Source: Betaproteobacteria bacterium
Lineage (GTDB): Bacteria > Pseudomonadota > Gammaproteobacteria > Burkholderiales > Burkholderiaceae_C
DNA: 32,000 bases
Direction: 5' to 3'
Assembly (NCBI GenBank): GCA_009925585.1
Contig: RFYK01000004.1
Coordinates: 1 to 32,000 of the forward strand
Both the position numbers and the translations under genes were made by a program. This document shows, piece after piece, positions 23,559-32,000 of this stretch. A model generated the notes under the pieces. It worked only from the letters and a program-made list of their open reading frames with translations, was not told the DNA's origin and ran no database searches. How positions within the stretch are numbered: position 1 is the first letter of the stretch; each line of letters starts with the position of its first letter.

Positions 23559-25838
23559 ATGAATATTCCCTCTCAAGTTGCGCCAGTGCTGCTGGATGTG
23601 CCAGCCTCGTGGCGTCGGGATCTGCAGCTTCAATTGACATCAGAAGAAAACGTTCTAGCTTGGCTGGAGGTTGACCTCGACGCCCGATTGTATTTCGCCA
23701 AAGGTTTGCTGGTTCTGACCGGCCAACGGCTGATTTGGCGTGACCCCGGCGAGAAAAATGCTTGGCACAGCCTGCCTTTACAGTCCGATTGGCGCCTGGA
23801 GCTCTCAGATCACGCTGGCGTGGGGCACTTGAGGTTGTTCCAAGCGCGAGTGCAATTGGCCGATTGGCGATTCACCCTAGGCCGCCATATACAAGCCAAT
23901 GCCTTACTGACCCGCTTCAACCAACGACTGACCACACCCACCGACACCAGCACGCAGACTTGGTGCCCCGTGTGTCATGCGCCATTGGTCTCTGCGGATG
24001 AAAACTGTCGCAGTTGCGAATCGGCACAAGAAGAAGCGCCCGTGTCCACTTGGAGCTTGTTTCGTTTGTGGCGATTTGCCAAACCCTACCAAGGGCAATT
24101 GCTGTTGGGCTTTTGTTTGACCTTGGCCTCAACCGCGGCCACGCTGGTGCCACCGTACTTGACCATGCCGTTGATGGACGATGTGTTGATCCCGTTTCAA
24201 AACGGCCAGCAAATTGACATTTCGTTGGTTGCGATGTACCTGGGCGGATTGCTGGGTGCGGCTTTGCTTGCTTGGGGGTTGGGTTGGTTCAAAACCTATG
24301 TTTTGGCTTTGGCGTCAGAGCGTATCGGTGCAGATTTGCGTTCCACCGCGTATGAACATTTATTGAAACTGTCGCTGGAATATTTCGGCGGTCGCCGCAC
24401 CGGCGACTTGATGACACGCATTGGCAGTGAAACCGACCGACTGTGCGTGTTCTTGTCTTTGCATTTGCTGGATTTCGCCACCGATGTGTTGATGATCTTG
24501 ATGACGGCTGTCATTTTGTTCAGCATCGATCCTTGGCTGGCTTGCGCGACCTTGTTGCCATTGCCGTTTATTGCTTGGTTGATTCACATCGTGCGCGACC
24601 GTTTACGCACGGGCTTTGAAAAAATTGACCGCGTTTGGTCTGAACTCACCAATGTGTTGGCCGACACCATACCGGGCATTCGCGTGGTCAAAGCTTTCGC
24701 GCAAGAGCAGCGCGAAGCGCGGCGATTTCAAGAAGCCAACAAACACAATCTGGCGGTCAATGACCGCATCAATTTTTTATGGTCTTTGTTTTCACCCACG
24801 GTGACATTGGTGACTGAAATCGGTTTGCTGGTGGTGTGGGCCTTTGGCATTTGGCAAGTTGCGCACCACCAAGTGACCGTTGGTGTACTCACTGCTTTTT
24901 TGGCATACAGCACGCGTTTTTATGCACGGCTTGATGCCATGAGTCGGATTGTGTCGCACACCCAAAAAGCCGCGGCAGGCACCAAGCGCATCTTCGAAAT
25001 TTTGGACCATGTCTCGAGCGTGCCCGAGCCTGTCAACCCTGTGGCGTTGAACGAAGTGGTGGGTCGCATTCAAATCAGCAACGCGGGTTTTCGTTATGGC
25101 AACCGCGCGGTGATCAAAGATTTGACGCTGGACATTGCGCCCGGCGAGATGATTGGGTTGGTTGGTCAAAGTGGGTCAGGCAAGAGCACGCTGGTCAATT
25201 TGATTTGCCGTTTCTACGACCTGAGCGAGGGCGCGATTCGCATCGATGGCACCGACATCAGAGACATTCGCATCGCCGACTACAGACGGCACATCGGCTT
25301 GGTACTCCAAGAACCTTTTTTGTTTTTCGGCACCATTGCCGACAACATCGCTTATGGCAAGCCAGGCGCGACCCGCGAAGAAATCGTGGCCGCTGCCCGC
25401 GCAGCACATGCGCATGAGTTTATTTTGCGATTGCCACAAGGCTACGACTCGCTGGTGGGTGAGCGCGGCCAAGGCTTATCGGGCGGCGAACGCCAGCGCA
25501 TTTCGATTGCACGCGCATTATTGATTGACCCGCGCATTTTGATCATGGACGAAGCCACTTCGTCGGTGGACACCGAGACCGAACAAGAAATTCAAAAAGC
25601 ACTCGACAACTTGGTGCGCGGTCGCACCACCATCGCGATTGCGCACCGTTTGTCGACCTTGCGCCGCGCCGACCGCTTGGTGGTGATGGAACAGGGTCAA
25701 TTGGTTGAGCAAGGTCAACATGACGACTTGTTGGCCAGCCAAGGTGCGTATTGGCGTTTGTACGAAGCCCAAGCCCGTCAAAAAGAGGCTGAAGAAATGG
25801 GTTTGACCTTGGGCGCCGTCAAGGAGCACAAGGTATGA
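23559..25838 (+). CDS. ABC exporter (fused TMD-NBD, MsbA-like) with an N-terminal PH-like/zinc-ribbon extension
   Basis: 759 aa. The first ~170 aa are extra and include CPVCHAPLVSADENCRSC. After these come six TM helices, Walker A (GQSGSGKST), the signature motif (LSGGERQR) and Walker B (ILIMDEATS). It is transcribed divergently from the cphA genes. Confidence 0.85.
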   Translation: MNIPSQVAPVLLDVPASWRRDLQLQLTSEENVLAWLEVDLDARLYFAKGLLVLTGQRLIWRDPGEKNAWHSLPLQSDWRLELSDHAGVGHLRLFQARVQLADWRFTLGRHIQANALLTRFNQRLTTPTDTSTQTWCPVCHAPLVSADENCRSCESAQEEAPVSTWSLFRLWRFAKPYQGQLLLGFCLTLASTAATLVPPYLTMPLMDDVLIPFQNGQQIDISLVAMYLGGLLGAALLAWGLGWFKTYVLALASERIGADLRSTAYEHLLKLSLEYFGGRRTGDLMTRIGSETDRLCVFLSLHLLDFATDVLMILMTAVILFSIDPWLACATLLPLPFIAWLIHIVRDRLRTGFEKIDRVWSELTNVLADTIPGIRVVKAFAQEQREARRFQEANKHNLAVNDRINFLWSLFSPTVTLVTEIGLLVVWAFGIWQVAHHQVTVGVLTAFLAYSTRFYARLDAMSRIVSHTQKAAAGTKRIFEILDHVSSVPEPVNPVALNEVVGRIQISNAGFRYGNRAVIKDLTLDIAPGEMIGLVGQSGSGKSTLVNLICRFYDLSEGAIRIDGTDIRDIRIADYRRHIGLVLQEPFLFFGTIADNIAYGKPGATREEIVAAARAAHAHEFILRLPQGYDSLVGERGQGLSGGERQRISIARALLIDPRILIMDEATSSVDTETEQEIQKALDNLVRGRTTIAIAHRLSTLRRADRLVVMEQGQLVEQGQHDDLLASQGAYWRLYEAQARQKEAEEMGLTLGAVKEHKV

Positions 25839-26302
25839 GCCATCCCGTTTTTGAATTGAGCTTGTCAACGCATGGCGTGTGGCAATTGCAATTGAACGGT
25901 GTGCTGCATCAAGGGGTGGTCGTGGTGCGTGCATTTCCGATTGGGGCACCCGATGAAGCGGTTTCTGTTTTGGATGCGGATGGCCATGAACTCTTGTGGT
26001 TGCCAAAGCCTTTGCAGTTGCCCCAGGCACAAACACAAGCAGTGCTTGCTGCATTGCAAGCGCGCGAATTCATGCCTGAAATTCAACGTGTGGATAACGT
26101 CAGCAGTTTCACAACGCCATCGACATGGACCGTGCAAACCCACCGTGGTTTGACGCAATTTGTGTTGCGTGGCGAAGAGGACATTCGCCGCATCAGCGCC
26201 AAAACCTTGATCGTGGCAGATGAACATGGCGTGCAATTTTTGATTCGCGATTTGCCGTCGCTTGATCGCCACAGCCGCAAGCTACTCGACCGGTTTTTGT
26301 AA
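25835..26302 (+). CDS. DUF1854-like small protein coupled to the ABC exporter
   Basis: 155 aa. Its ATGA overlaps the ABC gene stop, and an AAGGAG lies 8 nt upstream. The family assignment (a DUF1854 partner of cyanophycin-associated ABC transporters) is from memory and was not searched. Confidence 0.55.
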   Translation: MSHPVFELSLSTHGVWQLQLNGVLHQGVVVVRAFPIGAPDEAVSVLDADGHELLWLPKPLQLPQAQTQAVLAALQAREFMPEIQRVDNVSSFTTPSTWTVQTHRGLTQFVLRGEEDIRRISAKTLIVADEHGVQFLIRDLPSLDRHSRKLLDRFL

Positions 26303-26330
26303 ACACATTCGCCAAGCGCACTGGCGTGCT

Positions 26331-27317
26331 TCAAGGGCTCCTGGCGCAGTTTTGTGTCACAGTTTCGCCGCGTGACCAACAAGGGCTGACGGCTTCTTGG
26401 TCGATGGTCGGCAAGCCTTCCATGTCAATCTTGACGGGCAGGGTTTCAAAACGTGTCACACCACGCTTGTCCAAATACAGTTTCAACACCCAGCCTTTGC
26501 GTTGAAATTCGTTGTCGGTTTCTTTCATCACAAAATTGCCCACACTGAAAATCACCGGTTTTCCTCGGTAGACGGCAATATCTTGCGTGACATGCGGATG
26601 GCCGCCGATGACCACATCGGCGCCTGCCTCAACCATGCGTTGTGCAAGCTGTCGTTGTCTGGCGTTGGCTTGTCGCTCGTTTTCCCAACCCCAATGCATG
26701 ATGGGGATGACCAGGTCGGCACGGTGAAGCAGTCGAGCGGCTTTGATGTCAGCCACCACTTGTTGGTCTTCGCTCCAAGCGACGCCGGGCAGGTCATGAC
26801 CCGCCTCGAAGCTGCGCGGATGAAATTCGTTGTAGCTCAGCACCGCGATGCGCAAACCGTGTCGTTCAAACACCAATGGCGCGTGCGCTTGTTTCAAATT
26901 CATGCCGCCACCGGCTTGCGCCAGCTGGGCTTGCTTCAACAGTTGAAGCATTTCTGCAAACGCAATGGGCCCAAAGTCGCCGCTGTGGTTGTTGGCCAAT
27001 GTCACCGCGTCAAAATGTTTTTTCAGGACAGGCAGCACGCGGGGATGCGCGCGAAACGTGTACATCTTTTCGTTGGCTTCACCTTGGGTGGCAACCACGC
27101 ATTCAAGGTTGGCGATTCGAATGTCGGCTTGTTTCAAATAGGTTTCAAAAGGGGCAAACGGGTCGCTACCTTGTTCAATCCATTGGCCTGCGGTGTCATC
27201 CAACACGGTGTCGCCTGCAAACACCAGACTCACTTCTTGTGCCGCTTGCACGCTGAGCACACAAGCGACCTGCCAAACCAGTGCCCCTGTCAGTTGACGC
27301 CAGTGAATGGTTTTCAT
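26331..27317 (-). CDS. CapA/PgsA-family metallophosphoesterase-like protein, secreted
   Basis: Family motifs are present: FAGDTVLDD, NLECVV, LANNHSGDFG, HWGWENE and GGHPHVTQ. The ATG at 27317 gives a signal peptide (MKTIHWRQLTGALVWQVACVLSVQA) and overlaps the upstream stop (ATGA). Confidence 0.75.
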   Translation of the reverse strand: MKTIHWRQLTGALVWQVACVLSVQAAQEVSLVFAGDTVLDDTAGQWIEQGSDPFAPFETYLKQADIRIANLECVVATQGEANEKMYTFRAHPRVLPVLKKHFDAVTLANNHSGDFGPIAFAEMLQLLKQAQLAQAGGGMNLKQAHAPLVFERHGLRIAVLSYNEFHPRSFEAGHDLPGVAWSEDQQVVADIKAARLLHRADLVIPIMHWGWENERQANARQRQLAQRMVEAGADVVIGGHPHVTQDIAVYRGKPVIFSVGNFVMKETDNEFQRKGWVLKLYLDKRGVTRFETLPVKIDMEGLPTIDQEAVSPCWSRGETVTQNCARSP

Positions 27318-27739
27318 GGTTTGATGCCACTCAACCAACATTGGTAAATCAATTCCCGCTCGATGGGCCCGCCGTAAACATGTTGTTCGCCGGTCAGCAA
27401 ATAAGCTTGTTTGCTTGATTTGAACGGGCCAAAATATTTCGCCTGTTGAAGCAACACAGGACGTGGTGTTTGTTGCAAGTAGACGTAAATGAGTGCGTGG
27501 TCTAACTGTTTGCCCGTCGTTGACAACACCACTTTGAACAAAAAACGTTCTGCGATATCAACGGGTTCAACGGCATAAGGGTCGGTCGTCGGTGTGGCTT
27601 GAATGACATGCGTGGTGCCCGCGTAAGTCACTTCGCACCGCAACATGGGCTGGGCATGTGCCACGGCAGCTGTCAGACAACATCCGCCCAAGCACAGGCG
27701 CAACAGGCGACTGAGTTGCAAACAGACATTGAGTTGCAT
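27314..27739 (-). CDS. Hypothetical secreted protein
   Basis: The ATG at 27739 is preceded by AGGTGA. It has a signal peptide (MQLNVCLQLSRLLRLCLGGCCLTAAVAHA). I recognise no family. It is translationally coupled to the CapA-like gene. Confidence 0.5.
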   Translation of the reverse strand: MQLNVCLQLSRLLRLCLGGCCLTAAVAHAQPMLRCEVTYAGTTHVIQATPTTDPYAVEPVDIAERFLFKVVLSTTGKQLDHALIYVYLQQTPRPVLLQQAKYFGPFKSSKQAYLLTGEQHVYGGPIERELIYQCWLSGIKP

Positions 27740-27764
27740 CGCAGTCACCTGGGTTCAAAGCCTG

Positions 27765-28898
27765 TCAGCTGAACAGGTTTTTCAGCTTGTCCGCCCAACC
27801 TGCTTCGGACGGTGAATGTTTGTCGCCACCTTTTTTCAGTGACTCGTCGAGCTCGCGAAGCAATTTGCGTTGGTGCTCTGTCAGCTTGACCGGTGTCTCC
27901 ACCGTGATGTGGCAATACAAGTCGCCAGGAAAGCTGGAACGCACGCCTTTGATGCCTTTGCCGCGCAACCTGAATTGCTTGCCAGTTTGGGTGCCTTCGG
28001 GCAAATCGATCGCGGCTTCACCGCTCAAGGTTGGCACAGAGATTTCGCCACCCAATGCAGCCGTGGTGAAGCTGATCGGCACCGCGCAATGCAAATCATC
28101 GCCGTCGCGTTGAAATACATCGTGCTTTTTGATGCGAATTTCGATGAACAAATCGCCAGGGGGGCCACCGTTGGTGCCAGGCTCACCGTTGCCGGTGCTG
28201 CGAATTCGCATGCCGTCGTCGATGCCTGCGGGAATTTTGATTTCGAGTGTTTTTTGGCGTTTGATTTTGCCTTGGCCATGGCAAGGTGAACAGGGGTCGG
28301 TGATGATCTTCCCAGATCCTCGGCAGTGCGGGCAGGTTTGCTGCACGCTGAAAAAGCCTTGGCGCATTTGAACCACGCCTTGGCCTTGGCATGTGCCACA
28401 GGTCTTGGGGGACGTGCCGGCTTTGGCACCTGTGCCGTGACAGGTGTCGCATTCGTCATAGCTGGGAATGCGAATTTCACTTTCTTTGCCAGCCGCGGCT
28501 TCTTCGAGGGTGACCTCCATCGCGTAGCTCAGGTCGTTGCCCCGGAACACTTGCCGACCACCGCCTTGTTGTCGGCGAGCTTGGCCAAAAATGTCACCAA
28601 AAATATCGCCAAAGGTTTCACCGAACCCACCAAACCCAGCGCCACCAGCGCCGGGGCCACGCATGTTCGGGTCGACGCCGGCGTGGCCAAACTGGTCGTA
28701 AGCCGCGCGTTTTTCAGCGTCCGACAGCATTTCGTAGGCTTCTTTGGCTTCCTTGAATTTGACCTCCGCAGACGCGTCGCCTTGGTTGCGGTCAGGGTGG
28801 TACTTCATCGCCAACTTGCGGTACGACTTTTTGATTTCGTCTTCGCTGGCGTTTTTGGGAACTCCCAAAACTTCGTAAAAGTCGCGTTTAGTGGCCAT
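27765..28898 (-). CDS. dnaJ: Molecular chaperone DnaJ
   Basis: It has a J domain ([33 protein letters not shown]), a G/F-rich linker and four CxxCxGxG zinc-finger repeats. Confidence 0.95.
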   Translation of the reverse strand: MATKRDFYEVLGVPKNASEDEIKKSYRKLAMKYHPDRNQGDASAEVKFKEAKEAYEMLSDAEKRAAYDQFGHAGVDPNMRGPGAGGAGFGGFGETFGDIFGDIFGQARRQQGGGRQVFRGNDLSYAMEVTLEEAAAGKESEIRIPSYDECDTCHGTGAKAGTSPKTCGTCQGQGVVQMRQGFFSVQQTCPHCRGSGKIITDPCSPCHGQGKIKRQKTLEIKIPAGIDDGMRIRSTGNGEPGTNGGPPGDLFIEIRIKKHDVFQRDGDDLHCAVPISFTTAALGGEISVPTLSGEAAIDLPEGTQTGKQFRLRGKGIKGVRSSFPGDLYCHITVETPVKLTEHQRKLLRELDESLKKGGDKHSPSEAGWADKLKNLFS

Positions 28899-28924
28899 GT
28901 GTGTGCTGCATAAAAAAGTGCCAA

Positions 28925-28958
28925 CGCCGCGTCGGTCTTTTCAGACCATGACGCGGCG
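28925..28958 (-). other. Nested stem-loop in the dnaK-dnaJ intergenic region (possible attenuator or partial terminator)
   Basis: A 9-bp GC-rich stem (CGCCGCGTC / GACGCGGCG) encloses an inner GGTC-n6-GACC hairpin. On the transcribed strand a T6 run follows, but only after a 7-nt gap. Confidence 0.45.
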
Positions 28959-28975
28959 AGGCGGGGGTTGAAGGG

Positions 28976-30904
28976 TCAGGGTTTTTTGACTTCCTTGACC
29001 TCGGCATCGACCACATTGTCGTCGTGCGGTTTGTCAGCGCCGCCGTCAGCCGAGGGTGCAGCACCTGCAGCTTGTTGGGCTTGCATGTTGGCATACACCA
29101 TCTCGCCGAGTTTTTGCGCGGCGCTCATGAGGCTTTCCGTCTTGGCATCGATTTGGTCTTTGTCCTCGCCTTTGAGTGCCTCTTCCACTTCCTTGACGGC
29201 GGCTTCGATTTTTTCTTTCTCAGCGCCATCGAGTTTGTCGCCATGCTCGGTCAATGATTTCTTGACGCTGTGCACCGACGCTTCAGCTTGGTTGCGCGAC
29301 TGCACGATTTCCAATTTTTTCTTGTCCTCGGCCGCGTTGAGTTCTGCGTCCTTCACCATTTGCTGAATTTCAGCTTCGCTCAAACCCGAGTTGGCTTTGA
29401 TGGTGATTTTGTTTTCTTTGCCAGTGGCTTTGTCTTTGGCACCGACGTGCAAGATGCCGTTGGCGTCGATGTCGAAAGTCACTTCAATTTGTGGGGTGCC
29501 ACGCGCTGCGGGTGGAATGCCCTCCAGGTTGAATTCACCCAATGACTTGTTGCCGCTGGCCATTTCGCGTTCACCTTGGAACACCTTGATGGTGACGGCT
29601 GGCTGGTTGTCATCTGCGGTTGAGAAGGTTTGTGAAAACTTGGTGGGGATGGTGGTGTTTTTGGTGATCATTTTGGTCATCACACCACCCAAGGTTTCAA
29701 TGCCCAAAGACAAAGGCGTCACGTCCAACAGCAACACGTCTTTGCGGTCACCAGACAAGACTTGGCCTTGGATGGCAGCACCCACCGCCACCGCTTCGTC
29801 GGGATTGACGTCGCGTCGGGGTTCTTTGCCAAAAAATTCTTTGACTTTTTCTTGCACCTTGGGCATGCGGGTCATGCCGCCGACCAAGATCACGTCGTCA
29901 ATGTCACCCACGGACACGCCGGCGTCTTTGATGGCGGTGCGGCAGGGCGCGATGGTGCGCTCAATCAGCTCGTCGACCAGGCTCTCGAGCTTGGCGCGAT
30001 TGAGTTTGATGTTCAAGTGCTTCGGTCCAGAGGCATCGGCCGTGACATAGGGCAAATTGATGTCAGTACCGGTCGATGAGGACAACTCGATCTTGGCTTT
30101 TTCAGCCGCTTCTTTCAAGCGTTGCAAAGCCAGCACGTCTTTGGACAAATCGACGCCGGAGTCCTTTTTGAATTCGGCAATGATGAAGTCAATGATGCGT
30201 TGGTCGAAGTCTTCGCCACCCAAGAACGTGTCGCCGTTGGTAGAGAGCACTTCGAATTGTTTCTCGCCATCGACATCAGCGATCTCGATGATGGACACGT
30301 CAAATGTGCCGCCGCCCAAGTCGTAGACCGCGATCTTGCGGTCGCCTTTTTCTGTTTTGTCTAAGCCAAACGCCAAGGCCGCTGCAGTGGGCTCGTTGAT
30401 GATGCGTTTGACATCCAAGCCAGCGATGCGTCCGGCGTCTTTGGTGGCTTGGCGTTGGCTGTCATTGAAATACGCCGGCACAGTGATGACCGCCTCGGTG
30501 ACTTCTTCGCCCAGGTAGTCCTCGGCGGTTTTCTTCATCTTGCGCAGCACTTCTGCGCTGATTTGCGGCGGCGCCATTTTCTGGCCACGCACTTCCACCC
30601 AAGCGTCGCCGTTGTCGGCTTTGGCGATGGTGTAGGGCATCAGGTCGATGTCTTTTTGAACTTCTTTTTCGTCAAACTTGCGACCGATCAACCGCTTGAC
30701 GGCATACAGCGTGTTGCGTGGGTTGGTGACTGCCTGACGTTTGGCGGATGCGCCGACCAAAATTTCGCCGTCTTCTTGGTAAGCAATGATGGACGGTGTG
30801 GTGCGAGCGCCTTCGGCGTTTTCAATCACCTTGGTGGTGTTGCCTTCCATGATGGCCACGCATGAATTGGTGGTGCCGAGGTCAATGCCAATGATTCTTC
30901 CCAT
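28976..30904 (-). CDS. dnaK: Molecular chaperone DnaK (Hsp70)
   Basis: 642 aa beginning [21 protein letters not shown], with full-length Hsp70 signatures. An AGGAGA sits upstream of the ATG. Confidence 0.97.
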   Translation of the reverse strand: MGRIIGIDLGTTNSCVAIMEGNTTKVIENAEGARTTPSIIAYQEDGEILVGASAKRQAVTNPRNTLYAVKRLIGRKFDEKEVQKDIDLMPYTIAKADNGDAWVEVRGQKMAPPQISAEVLRKMKKTAEDYLGEEVTEAVITVPAYFNDSQRQATKDAGRIAGLDVKRIINEPTAAALAFGLDKTEKGDRKIAVYDLGGGTFDVSIIEIADVDGEKQFEVLSTNGDTFLGGEDFDQRIIDFIIAEFKKDSGVDLSKDVLALQRLKEAAEKAKIELSSSTGTDINLPYVTADASGPKHLNIKLNRAKLESLVDELIERTIAPCRTAIKDAGVSVGDIDDVILVGGMTRMPKVQEKVKEFFGKEPRRDVNPDEAVAVGAAIQGQVLSGDRKDVLLLDVTPLSLGIETLGGVMTKMITKNTTIPTKFSQTFSTADDNQPAVTIKVFQGEREMASGNKSLGEFNLEGIPPAARGTPQIEVTFDIDANGILHVGAKDKATGKENKITIKANSGLSEAEIQQMVKDAELNAAEDKKKLEIVQSRNQAEASVHSVKKSLTEHGDKLDGAEKEKIEAAVKEVEEALKGEDKDQIDAKTESLMSAAQKLGEMVYANMQAQQAAGAAPSADGGADKPHDDNVVDAEVKEVKKP

Positions 30905-31452
30905 TTTTTTCTCCTGTGCGCCCGATCGGCGATCAAATAACCTTTTTGCAGCACAGTGACCACGGTATTGGGTTCTTGCTCGGCCGGGACCACCGAGATG
31001 GCTTGGTGGTGGTGCGGGTCAAACTTGGTGCCGGCTGGCGGGTTGATTTCAATCACTTTGTGGCGCTCGAGCGCCGAAGTGAGCTGCCGCAAGGTGGCTT
31101 CAGAGCCTTCGCGCAATTGTTCGGCGGTGGCGTCGGCGATGGCCAAACCGGCAGACAAACTGTCTGCCACTGGCAAGAGGCTTTCGGCAAACGCTTCAAC
31201 TGCGAATTTGCGGGCTTTGGACACTTCTTCCTCGGCGCGGCGACGTGCGTTTTCGACCTCGGCTTTGGCGCGTAAAAACTGGTCGGCCAGGTCGGCGTTT
31301 GCCGCTTTGAGGTTGGCCAATTCGGCCTGTGCATCCGCCAAAGGGTCTGCAGAATGTGGCTGGGGCTCTGGCACGGGGGAGGAGGTTGCGTCCATGACGG
31401 GCTCGGTTGGGCCCGTGGGTTCAGACGGGTGTGGGGTTTGTGGGTCAGACAT
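30826..31452 (-). CDS. grpE: Nucleotide exchange factor GrpE (atypical 3' end overlapping dnaK)
   Basis: The coiled-coil and beta domains are recognisable ([52 protein letters not shown]). After ADR the usual VLRPAxVxV tail is missing. The frame instead runs through the dnaK SD and 79 nt of dnaK. Confidence 0.8.
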   Translation of the reverse strand: MSDPQTPHPSEPTGPTEPVMDATSSPVPEPQPHSADPLADAQAELANLKAANADLADQFLRAKAEVENARRRAEEEVSKARKFAVEAFAESLLPVADSLSAGLAIADATAEQLREGSEATLRQLTSALERHKVIEINPPAGTKFDPHHHQAISVVPAEQEPNTVVTVLQKGYLIADRAHRRKKWEESLALTSAPPIHAWPSWKATPPR

Positions 31453-31482
31453 GCTCGGGTACGGGTGGCTTTTGATACAGCC

Positions 31483-31516
31483 ATGTAATTGGGAGGGTTT
31501 TGTCTGAATTCAAGGG
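31483..31516 (-). promoter_or_regulatory. Putative sigma32 (RpoH) heat-shock promoter for grpE-dnaK-dnaJ
   Basis: The minus strand reads CCCTTGAA-n15-CCCAATTACAT, about 30 nt upstream of the grpE ATG. This compares with the consensus CTTGAA-n13-17-CCCCATnT. Confidence 0.5.
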
Positions 31517-31606
31517 TCTTGGCGCTTTTTTCTTTGAATGCACCCAACCCGCAAAAGTTGGATCGGGTCAGCCGCCAAGCCTTGATTTGGTATCTAAAAC
31601 ACAGGA

Positions 31607-31814
31607 TCAGCCGTTAATTTCCAGTAATTCGACCTCAAACACCAAAGTCGCGTTCGGCGGGATGACACCGCCTGCCCCGTAGGCACCGTAGCCCAAGTCG
31701 GGGGGGATCAACAAGGTGCGTTTGCCGCCGACTTTCATGCCTTGCACCCCTTCGTCCCAGCCTTTGATGACCATGCCTGTCGTCATACTGAAGTCCACTG
31801 TCGGTGGTGATCAT
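31607..31814 (-). pseudogene. FKBP-type peptidyl-prolyl isomerase disrupted by an internal out-of-frame deletion
   Basis: The ATG at 31814, with an AAGGAA SD, encodes the canonical N-terminus [12 protein letters not shown]. The canonical C-terminus ([54 protein letters not shown]) follows at once, but in another reading frame. The ~45 residues normally between them (..VHYTGWL...FDSS..R..PF.F.LG) are absent. Confidence 0.6.
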
Positions 31815-31871
31815 GGGTAATTCCTTGTGATGGTGAATGAAACGCAGGAGTGTAAAGGCGGGCTTTGCGCA

Positions 31872-32000
31872 TCAAGATTCGGCACTGAAGCCAACGCGTT
31901 TGACCACAGGCCCCCAGTAGTCGTACTGGCGGCGCATGTCTTTGGCCATCTCTTCGGTGCTGCCACCCAAAGGCAACAGCCCTTGCAGCGCCAGACTGTC
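31872..32000 (-). CDS. Bug-family (TctC-like) tripartite tricarboxylate transporter substrate-binding protein, C-terminal 42 codons (5' part outside the window)
   Basis: The minus strand is open from 32000 and reads DSLALQGLLPLGGSTEEMAKDMRRQYDYWGPVVKRVGFSAES, then stop. This is the typical Bug/TctC C-terminal pattern. Confidence 0.6.
   Translation of the reverse strand, partial: DSLALQGLLPLGGSTEEMAKDMRRQYDYWGPVVKRVGFSAES

Noticed and set aside
1-32000. Search for tRNA/rRNA genes, CRISPR arrays, IS elements or prophage genes
   Set aside because: Intergenic gaps are all short (at most about 216 bp). None shows cloverleaf-like structure, spaced direct repeats or terminal inverted repeats. The only notable DNA repeat is the intragenic 120-bp duplication.

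Overview
This window looks like chromosomal DNA from a Burkholderiales/Comamonadaceae-type betaproteobacterium. That assignment rests on the DnaK/DnaJ/GrpE, ParC and ComEC sequences, a Bug/TctC-type and a TRAP-type binding protein, and tandem cyanophycin synthetases. It is inferred from protein similarity by eye, with no search run. About 27 coding features are supported and the window is almost fully coding. No tRNA, rRNA, CRISPR array, IS element or integrase was seen.

The main finding is a tightly packed seven-gene minus-strand operon at 10671-17278. It encodes a divergent copper membrane monooxygenase (CuMMO) in xmoC-xmoA-xmoB order, homologous to PmoCAB/AmoCAB, with every CuB, CuC and CuD metal ligand retained. 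It continues with a PmoD/AmoD-like periplasmic protein, CopC, a CopD-cytochrome c-thioredoxin-like fusion, and a membrane-anchored PHB-depolymerase-type esterase. The layout mirrors amoCAB(ED)-copCD of nitrifiers, but the host context is heterotroph-like. No methanol, hydroxylamine or alcohol oxidation genes are in the window, so the substrate is unknown.

Secondary observations:
- A cyanophycin module: cphA2 and cphA, with a divergently transcribed ABC exporter and a DUF1854-like gene.
- A His-rich Ala/Lys/Glu coiled-coil secreted protein containing a 120-bp tandem duplication.
- A grpE whose 3' end runs 79 nt into dnaK and lacks the usual C-terminal strand.
- An FKBP gene disrupted by an internal out-of-frame deletion.
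- A secreted-protein/CapA gene pair translationally coupled downstream of dnaJ.
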